From Desulfobacteraceae bacterium (lineage in GTDB: Bacteria; Desulfobacterota; Desulfobacteria; Desulfobacterales; Desulfobacteraceae): DNA of 64,000 nucleotides. Below, piece after piece: positions 47,765 through 57,613 of the stretch (its first letter is position 1; the number at the start of each line of letters is the position of its first letter). The notes beneath the pieces were generated by a model that saw only the letters and a program-made list of their open reading frames with translations, was not told the origin of the DNA and made no database searches. The stretch lies in assembly GCA_963674675.2 (NCBI GenBank), contig CAXXNM010000003.1, positions 2,044,133 to 2,108,132 on the forward strand, given 5' to 3'. The position numbers and the translations under genes are program-made.

Positions 47765-48986
47765 TGGGATCCATCTGATAAAGATTTATCTTCTTTTCCT
47801 TGCCCCTGACTTTTACGGCATCTAACTTCCGGATACCCCTGAAATTAGTAAGGCTGTTTAGATCATTGGATATCTCTTTGTAAACTGACTCGGATAATAG
47901 AATCTGATTGCTCCCGGCAAGGGACTGAACCCGCTGGGCAACATTTACCGTATCCCCTATTACTGTATAATTTAAGTGCTCTTCAGAACCCATGAAGCCG
48001 GACACAAGCTCCCCATAATTGATTCCAACAGTCATTTCAAGACATTTTCCCTCTCCTTCAAGTGTTGCGTTCAAATTGTCAAGGGTAACAAACATGTCAA
48101 GGGCAGTTTTGACGGCATTCAGGCAGCTATCTCTGTCCTCTATGGGTGTTCCGAAAACTGCCAGTATCCCATCCCCCAAGAGTTTATCCAGAGTGCCTTT
48201 GTGCTTAAAAATAATGGGAATCATACGTGAAAAAAAACGATTTAAAAGAATCACTACATCTTCCGGGGCCATATCCTCGGACATGGCGGTAAAGCCTTTA
48301 AGATCAACGAACATGACTGCCACATCTTTTTTCTCTCCACCCAGTCTGATTCTTCCCTTTTTGAAAATCTCGCTAACAACGCTTTTTGAAAAAAAACGAC
48401 TAAGTTGAATCATCTGTTTTTCTTCATCAAGTTTTCCATAATAGAGTCTTAAAAAACCCATGCTGTTACACAGATAATCACAGACAATTCTATAAAAAAA
48501 AATATTGCCAGGCTCAAAGGCATCTTTTCTCCTTGAAAAAAGCATCAAGGATGCAACAACCCTTTCCTTGATAATAATGGGGTTGCCATAACAAAACACC
48601 TGCATGTTCTTAAAAAAATCATCGTCAGAAGCATTACAGAAGCTCTCTTTTCGGCCTATAAGAATGCTTTTAAAAAAATTTGTTTTTTTTAAAATCTTGC
48701 AGTTAAAGTCCTCATCAAATTCAGAATAGAGAAAATAGTCCTGCTTTATTTCATTGTCTTGGGAAAAATACAATACCGCCCCAAAAAGGCCCTTATATTT
48801 TTTTAAACATTCAAGGTAGCGCAGCCATATGAGATCCTGATCGATCAGATCCACCTGCTGCATGGTATTGGTCATCTCTTTTATTATGGAAAGTTCAAGC
48901 AGCTTATCTTCATATTTTTTCTGAAGCATCAGATAATTTTTCTTAAAGGTTTCAACTTGAAGTTCAATATTTTTCTTTTCAGCCAT
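47742..48986 (-). CDS. class III adenylate/guanylate cyclase with N-terminal GAF-like region
   Basis: 'VAVMFVDLKGFTAMSE', 'GTLDKLLGDGILAVFGTP', 'VGINYGELVSGFMGS' and 'YTVIGDTVNVAQRVQS'. Confidence 0.88.
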   Translation of the reverse strand: MAEKKNIELQVETFKKNYLMLQKKYEDKLLELSIIKEMTNTMQQVDLIDQDLIWLRYLECLKKYKGLFGAVLYFSQDNEIKQDYFLYSEFDEDFNCKILKKTNFFKSILIGRKESFCNASDDDFFKNMQVFCYGNPIIIKERVVASLMLFSRRKDAFEPGNIFFYRIVCDYLCNSMGFLRLYYGKLDEEKQMIQLSRFFSKSVVSEIFKKGRIRLGGEKKDVAVMFVDLKGFTAMSEDMAPEDVVILLNRFFSRMIPIIFKHKGTLDKLLGDGILAVFGTPIEDRDSCLNAVKTALDMFVTLDNLNATLEGEGKCLEMTVGINYGELVSGFMGSEEHLNYTVIGDTVNVAQRVQSLAGSNQILLSESVYKEISNDLNSLTNFRGIRKLDAVKVRGKEKKINLYQMDPIISVKNF

Positions 48987-49005
48987 AGGATTTCTTAAAC
49001 GCTCC

Positions 49006-50910
49006 TTATTCTGCTATTGAAAAAATATCCTGGTTTTCTTCAAGAATAGTCAATGCATCCTGCAATGAATTCTCAATAAAATGGTCATCAAAATCTTTAA
49101 ATATCTTTTTCAGAACAATTGTGTGATCCAATTTAAACAATTGCGTCAATTCTATTTTTTTATCCTCTTCCAGAGCCATGTGTGAAAGATAATCTGCAAA
49201 TCCAACAATGGCGGCCATCTTGGAATGGTCTGCTGAAGAAGACGGGCGGTGATGAAATGCCACGGCCTGCACAAGAGCATCGGGCAGATTCCAGTTTTCA
49301 GCAATGCGCCTGCCAATGGCCGCATGATCAAAACCTGTGAGTTCTTCTTCCATGGAAATTTCCAAAAGGTTGTTCCGGCGGGCCTCTTCAATCACCTTAA
49401 TGTAAAGCTCAGGAAAATTTTCTATCAAGAATATTTTACCAAGATCATGAATCAGGGCGGCTGTAAAAACGGTGATGTGATCGAAAATTTCAACTTTCCC
49501 GCACAGGTATTTGCTGATAATGGCAGTTCCCAGGGAATGACGCCACAACCATCGGGGCTCGATTATCCCCTTAAGATCAGAATCCAGAAATGACTTTGAC
49601 AAAGATAGACCAAAGGCCATGTTCACAACCTCTTCACGTCCTAACATTAGCACAGCCTCCTTGATGGAACCAACCTTTTCAGGCAGACCGTAAAATGGAG
49701 AGTTGACAATCTTTAAAAGTTTAATGGAAAGGGATGGATCAAGCAGAACAATATCCACGATATCCTCAATATTTGATTCTGGATCCGATGCAACATTGTA
49801 AACCTGAAGGGCAATGGAAGGCATGGCAAAAATGGATTCTAAGCGATTGAGTCCAACACTGATCTCTTTGAAATTCTCATTGCGGTCCTTTAGATTCCCA
49901 AGCAGTTCCATTTTTGAGACAAGCTTGATAACCTTGATCCTGGCAGTTTCATAGTCGTTAGAAGAAGATTGATTCTTGATTTTTTCGGCAAGGAATGGAA
50001 TCAATGGGGAATTAAAGGGAAGCCGTAAAACAAATTTTTTCTGACCTGAAATGGAAATTTTACTTAAGGCACACCAAAGCACATCAGGAGACAGACGGAT
50101 AAGTTCATTGAAAAATTTGCCCCGGGCCTTGTTAAAGCAAAGATTGAATATCTGCAAATCCGATGCTGCTCCCTCTTTTTTTATGGACATTGGTGCATGG
50201 GGCTTATCTTCTTTTATCTTTGATGGGGAAAATTTATCATTCTCAAAGGTCATTATCTTTTTACGGGCTACCTGGATTAATTCATAAAAAGATTTGCCGT
50301 CTTCAGGAATAATTGAAAACCCGATACGGGTAACTACCTTATTATCAATTTTTAATTTCATACACTTGATAATCTTATCAATTACAATACCTGCACCGGC
50401 TCTGTCACTGGCAAAACCAAGCAGGATAAAGGAGGTATCATCGATCACAAAAAATGAATCACTATCCCTGAAGGTTTCATCTATTTCGTCCTCTTTAACC
50501 AACAGTGACGGCAAAAGTTCAGTATTCCCAGTGGAAGATATAGTAACGTAAAACACAATGGTCTCAACACAGGCCCTAAGGGTTTTACTGAATTCCTTTG
50601 AGATCAGTTTGAGCTGTTTTTTATCTATTAAAAAGGGAAGTCTCTTGTCCTTAACGATTTTCTGAACCATGCATTCCGCATTAAACCCACGCAGGTGTTC
50701 CATAATAGAGTCCCTGCTGGAACGGGCCTTGACATGACCTAATATGGCAGGGGAATATTTAAGAACAAAAGCCGCTTTTTCAGCCGAAAAATTGAACTCA
50801 TTAATTAAAAAACGGACAAGCGCTTTCTCCTTAGCCTTATTAGTTAAACGCCATTCTTTCAGTATAAGTCGGTAAAATATCTCTGCCATAATGATTTGTT
50901 CCAATGCCAT
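49006..50910 (-). CDS. HDOD-domain signalling protein with uncharacterised N-terminal half
   Basis: C-terminal 'FAMPSIALQVYNV', 'LLKIVNSPFYGL', 'AALIHDLGKIFL' and 'FDHAAIGRRIAENWNLPDALVQAVAFHH'. Confidence 0.8.
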   Translation of the reverse strand: MALEQIIMAEIFYRLILKEWRLTNKAKEKALVRFLINEFNFSAEKAAFVLKYSPAILGHVKARSSRDSIMEHLRGFNAECMVQKIVKDKRLPFLIDKKQLKLISKEFSKTLRACVETIVFYVTISSTGNTELLPSLLVKEDEIDETFRDSDSFFVIDDTSFILLGFASDRAGAGIVIDKIIKCMKLKIDNKVVTRIGFSIIPEDGKSFYELIQVARKKIMTFENDKFSPSKIKEDKPHAPMSIKKEGAASDLQIFNLCFNKARGKFFNELIRLSPDVLWCALSKISISGQKKFVLRLPFNSPLIPFLAEKIKNQSSSNDYETARIKVIKLVSKMELLGNLKDRNENFKEISVGLNRLESIFAMPSIALQVYNVASDPESNIEDIVDIVLLDPSLSIKLLKIVNSPFYGLPEKVGSIKEAVLMLGREEVVNMAFGLSLSKSFLDSDLKGIIEPRWLWRHSLGTAIISKYLCGKVEIFDHITVFTAALIHDLGKIFLIENFPELYIKVIEEARRNNLLEISMEEELTGFDHAAIGRRIAENWNLPDALVQAVAFHHRPSSSADHSKMAAIVGFADYLSHMALEEDKKIELTQLFKLDHTIVLKKIFKDFDDHFIENSLQDALTILEENQDIFSIAE

Positions 50911-51168
50911 GGTTCACAATTTAAGTAATAAATTCTGGTATAGCACCCGAACTACTTTAGATCAAACAATAAAATTCATAATACAAACCCATATAAAGGG
51001 TGTTGAAACCACATCTTGTTTTTTTTAACGAAATTATATTAGTAAATTTTTTTAAACAGGTTCAACACACCATGAAATCACAGAGCAATACAATAACACT
51101 CTTGACTGGATAAACCCAATACCATAAAGTGTTTCTTAATCTGAAATACAAATTCACCTGCTTATTTT

Positions 51169-51274
51169 GGCATCTTTCATATCACTTTAAAAATAATTTG
51201 CACTTTCTGGAATGAAATTCCCAAAAAACAAGAATTCTGATATGGAAAGTGTAAACCGGCAAAGGAAGGATGCC
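51169..51274. repeat. MITE-C family copy
   Basis: 'ggcatctttcatatcac..aatttgcactttctgg ... ggaaagtgtaaaccggcaaaggaaggatgcc'. Confidence 0.75.
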
Positions 51275-51305
51275 CTTATTTCAATCATTTTCAAAGGAGA
51301 GTATC

Positions 51306-52913
51306 GTGGAGAGTAAAGGCAAAAACAAAAAATATAAAGCAGCAGGATTAATCTTAATAGGTTTTTTTTATATCCTTTTTTGTCTTGATTTTGCAAAAGC
51401 AGACTGTTCCGGCATTGTCAATACCGATGATGCTGACTTAACAGGCTATTTTGACGATGGCATAGACGGCCCATATATTAACAATGGAGATGGAACCATC
51501 ACCGATTCAGGCACAGGGCTTATGTGGCAGCGCTCGGACAATAACAGAAAATATGAGTGGGAAGATGCATGTAATTACTGTGATGATCTGATCCTGGGGG
51601 GATATGGAGACTGGAAGATGCCGGATATTTATCAGTTGAGAACTCTTATTGATGATGCTTTTTCCCCTGAAATCAACACAGACTATTTCTCTAACTGCAA
51701 ATCATATCCCTTTTACTGGTCCGGCAGCACAGTTACCCATTACCCGGAAAATGCCTGGTATGCAGGTTTTGACCACGGGGTGGTGAACCACAATTTCAAG
51801 ACCAGCGGCTATTATGTCAGATGTGTCCGCACAGGGATTGAAATCCCTCCTGCTCCCTATTTAGAGTTAAATACCTCTGGAACCATTGTCAATATCTCCT
51901 GGAATCCTGTGAATGATTCTGCAAAATACATGTTTTTCTATGCACCCTACCCCTATATGGATTATGTGGCTTCCATGGATATGGGGAACCTCACCTATCT
52001 TTCCCTTGATCTACCTGAGGGCTCGGCATTTTACATAGCTGTCCAGGCATACAATGATAAAGGTAAAAGTGATTTTTCCAATGCCCTCTACTTCATCATA
52101 GAGAGCCCTGATAACACCTTTACCAACAGCATTGATCAGAGGTTCACGCTTATCACCGCCGGCACCTTTAAGATGGGATCTCCCATGGACGAACCCGGCA
52201 GGAGATCAGATGAAATTGAACATGAGGTGACACTCACTGAAGATTTCTACATGCAGACGACAGAGGTAACCCAGGCTCAATGGGAAGAGGTAATGGGCTA
52301 TAACCCCTCGCCATTTTTAGACTGTGGAGAAAATTGTCCTGTAACCCAGGTCTCATGGAAAGATATACAGATATTCATATCCAGATTAAACATACTGGAA
52401 CAGGACGGGCCCTATGTCTACAGCCTGCCAACGGAGGCCCAGTGGGAATATGCAGCCCGGGCCGGTTCCATGGTTGCATTTACAAGTGGCGGCATTACAG
52501 CATCCCAATGCGATGAAGACCCGGCCCTTGATAAGACTGGATGGTATTGCGGTAATTCAAACGGCGAGCTTCACCCGGCTGCCATGAAAAATCCCAATGC
52601 CTGGGGCCTGTTTGACATGCACGGCAATGTATGGGAGTGGTGTCAGGATGTTTATGGAGCTTATCAGCGTGAAGCTGTAACAGACCCTGTGAATTTACCT
52701 GTAACAGAAACATCTGAGGATGAAGCCTTAGATCCTCCGGAAGATTCCATCCTTGACACGGAACGGGTGGTCAGGGGAGGCGGATGGGAGAGCCATGCCG
52801 AATACTGCAGGTCAGCCTTTCGTTACTATTACGGCTCAACCGGAAAATACCGGAATATCGGCTTTCGCCTTAAAGCTGTGATCCCGCCTCAGGATGTGAT
52901 GGACAAAAAATAA
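51306..52913 (+). CDS. secreted DUF1566 (Lcl C-terminal-like) + FN3-like + formylglycine-generating-enzyme (C-type-lectin-fold) domain protein
   Basis: 'TGLMWQRSD..WEDACNYC..GYGDWKMPDIYQL'. 'FTLITAGTFKMGSP..EHEVTLTEDFYMQTTEVTQAQWEEVMG', 'LPTEAQWEYAARAG', 'GNVWEWCQD' and 'RVVRGGGWES..NIGFRL'. GTG at 51306 follows an 'aaggag' RBS. The ORF-track ATG at 51270 lies inside the MITE-C terminus. Confidence 0.8.
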   Translation: MESKGKNKKYKAAGLILIGFFYILFCLDFAKADCSGIVNTDDADLTGYFDDGIDGPYINNGDGTITDSGTGLMWQRSDNNRKYEWEDACNYCDDLILGGYGDWKMPDIYQLRTLIDDAFSPEINTDYFSNCKSYPFYWSGSTVTHYPENAWYAGFDHGVVNHNFKTSGYYVRCVRTGIEIPPAPYLELNTSGTIVNISWNPVNDSAKYMFFYAPYPYMDYVASMDMGNLTYLSLDLPEGSAFYIAVQAYNDKGKSDFSNALYFIIESPDNTFTNSIDQRFTLITAGTFKMGSPMDEPGRRSDEIEHEVTLTEDFYMQTTEVTQAQWEEVMGYNPSPFLDCGENCPVTQVSWKDIQIFISRLNILEQDGPYVYSLPTEAQWEYAARAGSMVAFTSGGITASQCDEDPALDKTGWYCGNSNGELHPAAMKNPNAWGLFDMHGNVWEWCQDVYGAYQREAVTDPVNLPVTETSEDEALDPPEDSILDTERVVRGGGWESHAEYCRSAFRYYYGSTGKYRNIGFRLKAVIPPQDVMDKK

Positions 52914-53815
52914 AGTGCAGCATACAACACTCCCAGGGAAACAAGCGTGGAAAACACAATGGAAGCAGACGCAAGCTCTGTGTCACTGTTAAGCTGGGAG
53001 GAAAGCACATAGATGGCCGTGGAGGTGGGCAGGCAGAAAAAAATCAAGCCGGCTTTGAAGGCTGTCCCCTCCACGCCAAACAGATTCATGAATAAAACCC
53101 CGAACAAGGGGAGCACCATCATTTTAAAAACAGATGCAGCAATGGAAAGGCTGAGGTATCCATTGAGCTTTTTAAGGGAAAAAGCGCTTCCAATGGAAAT
53201 CAAGGCAAGGGGCAGGGTAACCATGGATATGAGTTTCAGGGTATTGTCGATGAAAACCGGAAAATCCAGACCCGAACTGGAAAAGAGAAGTCCTGCAAAA
53301 CAGGCAATGATCAATGGATTTGAAACAGCCTCTTTGAGCATCCTGCCGATTCTCTGTCCCGTTGTATAATTTTTACCGGAAAACCATATCAGAATTGATA
53401 CTGATAAGATGTTGATTATGGGAATAAGGAAGCCGATAAGCAGCCCAAAATGAACAATTCCCTCTTCCCCCAGGGCATTCAGTATAATTGCCATTCCAAT
53501 GTAGGTATTAAATCTATAGCAGCTCTGGGAAAAAGTTCCAGCCTCAAAATCAGTGACTTTTCCGTAAACAATATAGGCTGTGCTCAGGCCGAAGACCACA
53601 AAAACAGCGCACAGGGCGGCAATGGGAAGGCCGGGATCAAGCTCCTTCATGGAAGAATTCCCTCCGATTTTCCAGAAAAGCATACAGGGAAAGAATATAA
53701 AATAGACCAGCCTGTCAGATGTCTGCAGAAAATCCTGTTTAACAAAGTTGGTCATCTTAAGCATCCTGCCTAATAATACCATAGCAAATACAGGAAAAAG
53801 GCTGTTTAAAATCAT
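52889..53815 (-). CDS. AEC (auxin efflux carrier) family transporter
   Basis: 308 aa with about 10 TM helices. 'NPLIIACFAGLLFS' and 'ALISIGSAFSLKKL'. Confidence 0.7.
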   Translation of the reverse strand: MILNSLFPVFAMVLLGRMLKMTNFVKQDFLQTSDRLVYFIFFPCMLFWKIGGNSSMKELDPGLPIAALCAVFVVFGLSTAYIVYGKVTDFEAGTFSQSCYRFNTYIGMAIILNALGEEGIVHFGLLIGFLIPIINILSVSILIWFSGKNYTTGQRIGRMLKEAVSNPLIIACFAGLLFSSSGLDFPVFIDNTLKLISMVTLPLALISIGSAFSLKKLNGYLSLSIAASVFKMMVLPLFGVLFMNLFGVEGTAFKAGLIFFCLPTSTAIYVLSSQLNSDTELASASIVFSTLVSLGVLYAALYFLSITS

Positions 53816-53930
53816 TAAAACACCTCAAATGTTTACTTATGCCGCCATTCATAAGGGCGCAGGCACTATAAAAAGGGCAAATCCCGCGTAGATTTCCCAT
53901 AAAAAGCTTTAATAATCAAGAAATAATTAG

Positions 53931-54033
53931 ACATCTTTCATGTTGCCTCAAAAGTAGTTTGCAGCTTTTCTAAGTAAGCCCCCAGAAATGAAAAAATGAT
54001 TCAGAAAGTGTAAACTTGGAAATGAAGGATGCC
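53931..54033. repeat. MITE-C family copy
   Basis: 'acatctttcatgttgcctcaaaagtagtttgcagcttttc ... cagaaagtgtaaacttggaaatgaaggatgcc'. Confidence 0.75.
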
Positions 54034-54170
54034 AATAATTAAATAGAAAAAGTTGACAGCTAAATATCCTTGACTCAACCTCATTTATTGAGCATGATGC
54101 GCAAGAACACAATAATTAACTAATCTTCACTGCCTGGAATATGCATTGTTCAGGCAAGAAAGGAGAAACC

Positions 54171-55517
54171 ATGAAATTTGTCATTATAGGCGGTGATGCA
54201 GCAGGAATGAGCGCCGCCAGCAGAGCTAAACGTAAAAATCCAAATATTGAGGTTATAGTGCTGGAACAGACCAGGGATGTTTCCTACAGTGCCTGCGGCA
54301 TGCCATACAACATAGCAGATCCGGAAAGGGAGATGGAAGATCTTGTCGTTAGAAGGGCTGAGGTTTTCATAGAAAAAAATAAAATCAATCTCTTGACCGG
54401 CCACCGGGTGGAAAAAATTAATCGTAAGAAAAGAGCTGTATCGGGAATTACGGCTGACAAACAACCATTTTCCTTTGAGTATGATAAACTTTTGATTGCA
54501 ACAGGAGCATCTCCCATTATACCTAATTTACCCGGATTTGACCTGCCGGGAGTCATGCCGCTGAAGAGTTTGGAGCATGGGAAAAAGATCAAATCTTTTA
54601 TCAGGTCAGCAGCCATTCAAAGGGCTGTAATCATAGGTATGGGCTACATTGGCCTTGAGATGTGTGAGGCCTTAAGAGCCCGCTCACTTGATGTGGAAAT
54701 GGTTAAACCAGGGCCGGTTTTTCTACCCTGGATGACACCTGAACTATCTGATGTAATAAAAAAAGAGCTTCTTACAAATGACGTGAATATCCATCCAGGC
54801 TATTCCATTCTAAGAATTGAACCCGGCACCCAAAAGGGGCTGAGTGTTGTGTGTGAAGGACTACGAATTAATACAGATATTGTGATAGCTGCATCAGGGG
54901 TAAAACCATGCAGTGAGATGGCGGTTGAAGCAGGGCTTGAGACGAGCGTGTCAGGTGCCATTGCCGTGGACAGACAGCTTCAGACCAGTGATGAAAATAT
55001 TTATGCGGCAGGAGATTGCGCAGATGCCTTTCATGTTGTAACAGAAAATAAATGCTGGATTCCCCTGGCACTCAGGGCAAACAGGGCGGGATGGGCAGTG
55101 GCTGACAATGTCTGCGGAACCCCGGTAACCCTCCAGGGTGTCGCAGGTACAGCAGTCTTCAAGGTATTTGACCTGGAGGTTGCCCGCACCGGCCTGTCTA
55201 TAGAGGAGGCAAAAGAGGCTGGATTCGAGCCAAGGGAGGTTGTAATCCAATCCAGATCAAAGGCCCACGGTCACCCAGGTTCCGGCACCATCCATGTCTC
55301 CATGGTGGGTGACAAAGGTACAGGTCGCCTTTTAGGAGTTCAGATGGTAGGAAAAGACGGCGTGGCCCGCCGCATCAACGCTCCGGCAGTTGCCCTTCAC
55401 AATAAAATGACCGTGGAGGATTTCTTCCAGACAGACCTGGCATATGCCCCGCCCTTTGGCCCTGTATGGGATCCAATGCTGACGGCTGCCAATCAACTGT
55501 TGAAAAAAATTCGGTAG
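54171..55517 (+). CDS. FAD-dependent pyridine nucleotide-disulfide oxidoreductase (CoA-disulfide reductase / NADH oxidase type)
   Basis: 'MKFVIIGGDAAGMSAASRAKR', the redox Cys context 'VSYSACGMPY', 'VIIGMGYIGLEMCEAL' and 'IYAAGDCA'. 'aaaggag' RBS before the ATG at 54171. Confidence 0.88.
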   Translation: MKFVIIGGDAAGMSAASRAKRKNPNIEVIVLEQTRDVSYSACGMPYNIADPEREMEDLVVRRAEVFIEKNKINLLTGHRVEKINRKKRAVSGITADKQPFSFEYDKLLIATGASPIIPNLPGFDLPGVMPLKSLEHGKKIKSFIRSAAIQRAVIIGMGYIGLEMCEALRARSLDVEMVKPGPVFLPWMTPELSDVIKKELLTNDVNIHPGYSILRIEPGTQKGLSVVCEGLRINTDIVIAASGVKPCSEMAVEAGLETSVSGAIAVDRQLQTSDENIYAAGDCADAFHVVTENKCWIPLALRANRAGWAVADNVCGTPVTLQGVAGTAVFKVFDLEVARTGLSIEEAKEAGFEPREVVIQSRSKAHGHPGSGTIHVSMVGDKGTGRLLGVQMVGKDGVARRINAPAVALHNKMTVEDFFQTDLAYAPPFGPVWDPMLTAANQLLKKIR

Positions 55518-55565
55518 ATTAATTAATCTCGTGAGTCGTAACTTCTCATTTCCCATACCAAATGT

Positions 55566-55724
55566 GGCATCTTTCATTTATTGGTTTACACTTTTTTTGA
55601 ACCATGATTTTCTTGATTATTGGATTAGCTTGATTTTTAATCATGTTCACCCTTAAATCCTTTAATCATGGTTCAAAATTTTTAGAAAAGTGTCCACTAC
55701 TTTTGAGGTGATATGAAGGACACC
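55566..55724. repeat. MITE-C family copy with an enlarged core
   Basis: 'ggcatctttcatttattggtttacacttttttt ... aaaagtgtccactacttttgaggtgatatgaaggacacc'. The core has its own inverted repeat 'gaaccatgatt / aatcatggttc'. Confidence 0.75.
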
Positions 55725-55766
55725 ACACATATAGTATTAAATTTTAACTCAATACTATATGTGGTG
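55723..55766. terminator. long perfect hairpin between convergent genes (possible bidirectional terminator)
   Basis: 'ccacacatatagtatt aaattttaactc aatactatatgtggtg'. Confidence 0.5.
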
Positions 55767-55824
55767 TTAATTATGAGGACTTATGACTGATGAGATTAAT
55801 GCAGATCGCCTTAAAACATGGACA

Positions 55825-56508
55825 TTATTCTTCATCAACGGCCTCCTGGGCAAAGTCTCCCTGCAAGGGTTTTCCCTGCCCTTTGAACAAATCGGGATAT
55901 GCTTTTTTCATATCCTTTAATATTCTTTCAAAGGGCAGGTCTGCAAAGGTACCGTGATCAAAGACGTATTCCATGTGTTTATTGCCCTTTGTATCAAACT
56001 CATGGAAAACAGAATCACCTGTTCCGTCAAATTCCAGGGGTTTTACTTTAAAACGGGTACACAGGGAAAGATTAAAGGCCGGAGTGGCCTTGACCCATAT
56101 ACCGTTTAAGAGCATCTCGGTATAGCCGTGATAAATAAATAGATCCGATCCGCCCATAAGTTCCCGTAAGCGTTTCGTGGTGAGATGATTTCTGACATCG
56201 GCAAACCCAAGGCGGGCGGGGATCCCCTGGTGCCTTGCCAGAGCAGTTAAAAGCACAGCCTTGCCCACGCAGTAACCTGATTTCTTTTTCAATACCGAGC
56301 TTGCTTTAAATGTGGATTTAGAATTATCAAAATCGTATGGATTGTAGCGAATGCCGTCTCGAACCGCATAATAGAGCTTAACGGCCTTGTTAGTTTTTTC
56401 CTCTATGCCTCTGCATGTATCCTCAGCAAATTTCGCTACTTCAGGGTTATCATAATCCATATAATATGTAGGAACCAAATAGGGTTTTAAATTTTCAGAA
56501 ATGTTCAT
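55825..56508 (-). CDS. transglutaminase-like cysteine protease-fold protein
   Basis: 'KKKSGYCVGKAVLLTALARHQGIPARLGFADV' (catalytic Cys context) and 'YHGYTEM'. Confidence 0.75.
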   Translation of the reverse strand: MNISENLKPYLVPTYYMDYDNPEVAKFAEDTCRGIEEKTNKAVKLYYAVRDGIRYNPYDFDNSKSTFKASSVLKKKSGYCVGKAVLLTALARHQGIPARLGFADVRNHLTTKRLRELMGGSDLFIYHGYTEMLLNGIWVKATPAFNLSLCTRFKVKPLEFDGTGDSVFHEFDTKGNKHMEYVFDHGTFADLPFERILKDMKKAYPDLFKGQGKPLQGDFAQEAVDEE

Positions 56509-56661
56509 CTTTTTTATACCTCTTTTCCGTACAAAAATATTTTAAAAGCATTATAGTTATCAAAGCTTCATCTTTTACAATGACATGCTTATGGTTGATT
56601 TTTTAGCACCTTATTCCAGGCTGTGTTGTTAAATTTTGTTATTTAGTCTTGAGCATACCAA

Positions 56662-56735
56662 GGCACTGGGCTCGAATAATAGAAAAGTCCTTTTCAAATC
56701 CCCTCTGCCATGTTTTAATGGAGAGCATGAAAACT
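56662..56735 (+). mobile_element. solo left end of the IS1-like element (first 74 bp including the transposase start codon)
   Basis: 'ggcactgggctcgaataatagaaaagtccttttcaaatc.cct.tgccatgttttaatggagagcatgaaaact' matches 57614-57687 with 2 mismatches. Homology stops exactly where MITE-B begins. Confidence 0.8.
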
Positions 56736-56845
56736 GGTACTGGGCTCACACCGTTCCAACGTGTCAAAAAACCACAATATATTGTGATTTTTAACACTCT
56801 CGAAATACAATGGGTTGTATGCTGGAATAGTGCGAGCCCAATGCC
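56736..56845. repeat. MITE-B family copy
   Basis: 'ggtactgggctcacaccgttccaacgtgtcaaaaaaccacaatatattgtg...gggttgtatgctggaatagtgcgagcccaatgcc'. Confidence 0.85.
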
Positions 56846-56893
56846 CCTGATTTATCTTGAATGGATATCCATGGATTATCGTGATTGCTCTCA

Positions 56894-56987
56894 TGTGGGG
56901 AGGGCGCCGGGTAACCGGTGCTTCTACCCGGAACCTGACCGCGTGAACGGGAGTCGTTGACCGCGAAGGCTATTGGCGCGGCAGGTT
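56894..56987 (+). repeat. solo copy of the group II intron 3'-region segment (inverted relative to 59134-59227)
   Basis: 'tgtggggagggcgccgggtaaccggtgcttctacccggaacctgaccgcgtgaacgggag...ttggcgcggcaggt' matches the reverse complement of 59134-59227. Confidence 0.7.
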
Positions 56988-57016
56988 ACCTCAACGTTGG
57001 GGCTGAAAGATATCTG

Positions 57017-57271
57017 TCAATAGTGGTATCTTAGTTGCGCAATCTCTATGGCATATTCTGAAACTTTATATATAAATCTATGCTCATCAGTTATTCGTCT
57101 CGACCAGTAACCAGAAAGAACATGCTTTAAGGGCTCAGGTTTTCCAATACCTTCAAATGGATTTTTATTAGTATCTTTTATAAGCGTATTTATGCGGCGT
57201 ATTATTTTTTTATCAGTTTTTTGCCAGTAGATATAATCGTTCCATGCATTGTCTGAGAAGATGAGCTTCAA
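57017..57271 (-). CDS. yoeB: YoeB/Txe-family toxin
   Basis: 'MKLIFSDNAWNDYIYWQKTDKKIIRRINTLIKD..PFEGIGKPEPLKHVLSGYWSRRITDEHRFIYKV'. Confidence 0.92.
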   Translation of the reverse strand: MKLIFSDNAWNDYIYWQKTDKKIIRRINTLIKDTNKNPFEGIGKPEPLKHVLSGYWSRRITDEHRFIYKVSEYAIEIAQLRYHY

Positions 57272-57519
57272 TCTATAAGCTCCTTTTCATGCCCTTTGCC
57301 ATCTTCAAGTTGGGCTATTGACTCTAACAAGCGTTTTGCATTCTTCGGTGATCGCAATAAGTAGGCTGTTTCTTCAAGCGCTTCATAGTCTTCAAGTGAC
57401 ATAATGACCACTGAATTTGAAGACTTACGCGTCACAATAATTGGAGAGCGGTCATTACAAACCTTTTCCATTGTTTTTGCAAGGTTTTGTCTTGCAGCTG
57501 TGTAGGTAATTGCTTCCAT
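57268..57519 (-). CDS. yefM: YefM/Phd-family antitoxin
   Basis: 'MEAITYTAARQNLAKTMEKVCNDRSPIIVTRKSSNSVVIMSLEDYEALEETAYLLRSPKNAKRLLESI'. 'ggaggtg' RBS. 4-nt overlap with yoeB. Confidence 0.92.
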   Translation of the reverse strand: MEAITYTAARQNLAKTMEKVCNDRSPIIVTRKSSNSVVIMSLEDYEALEETAYLLRSPKNAKRLLESIAQLEDGKGHEKELID

Positions 57520-57613
57520 CTTAGCACCTCCTGTACAATATACAGTACATATATAAATTGATTTGTCAAGAGAAGACAGAGGCCCCAACAATTTTTTTGC
57601 AGTGGGACCGGGC

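Noticed and set aside
598-56845. Possibility that the many short repeats represent a CRISPR array.
   Set aside because: The repeats are dispersed singly in different intergenic regions, are 100-160 bp long with terminal inverted repeats, and are not regularly spaced. No cas genes are present.
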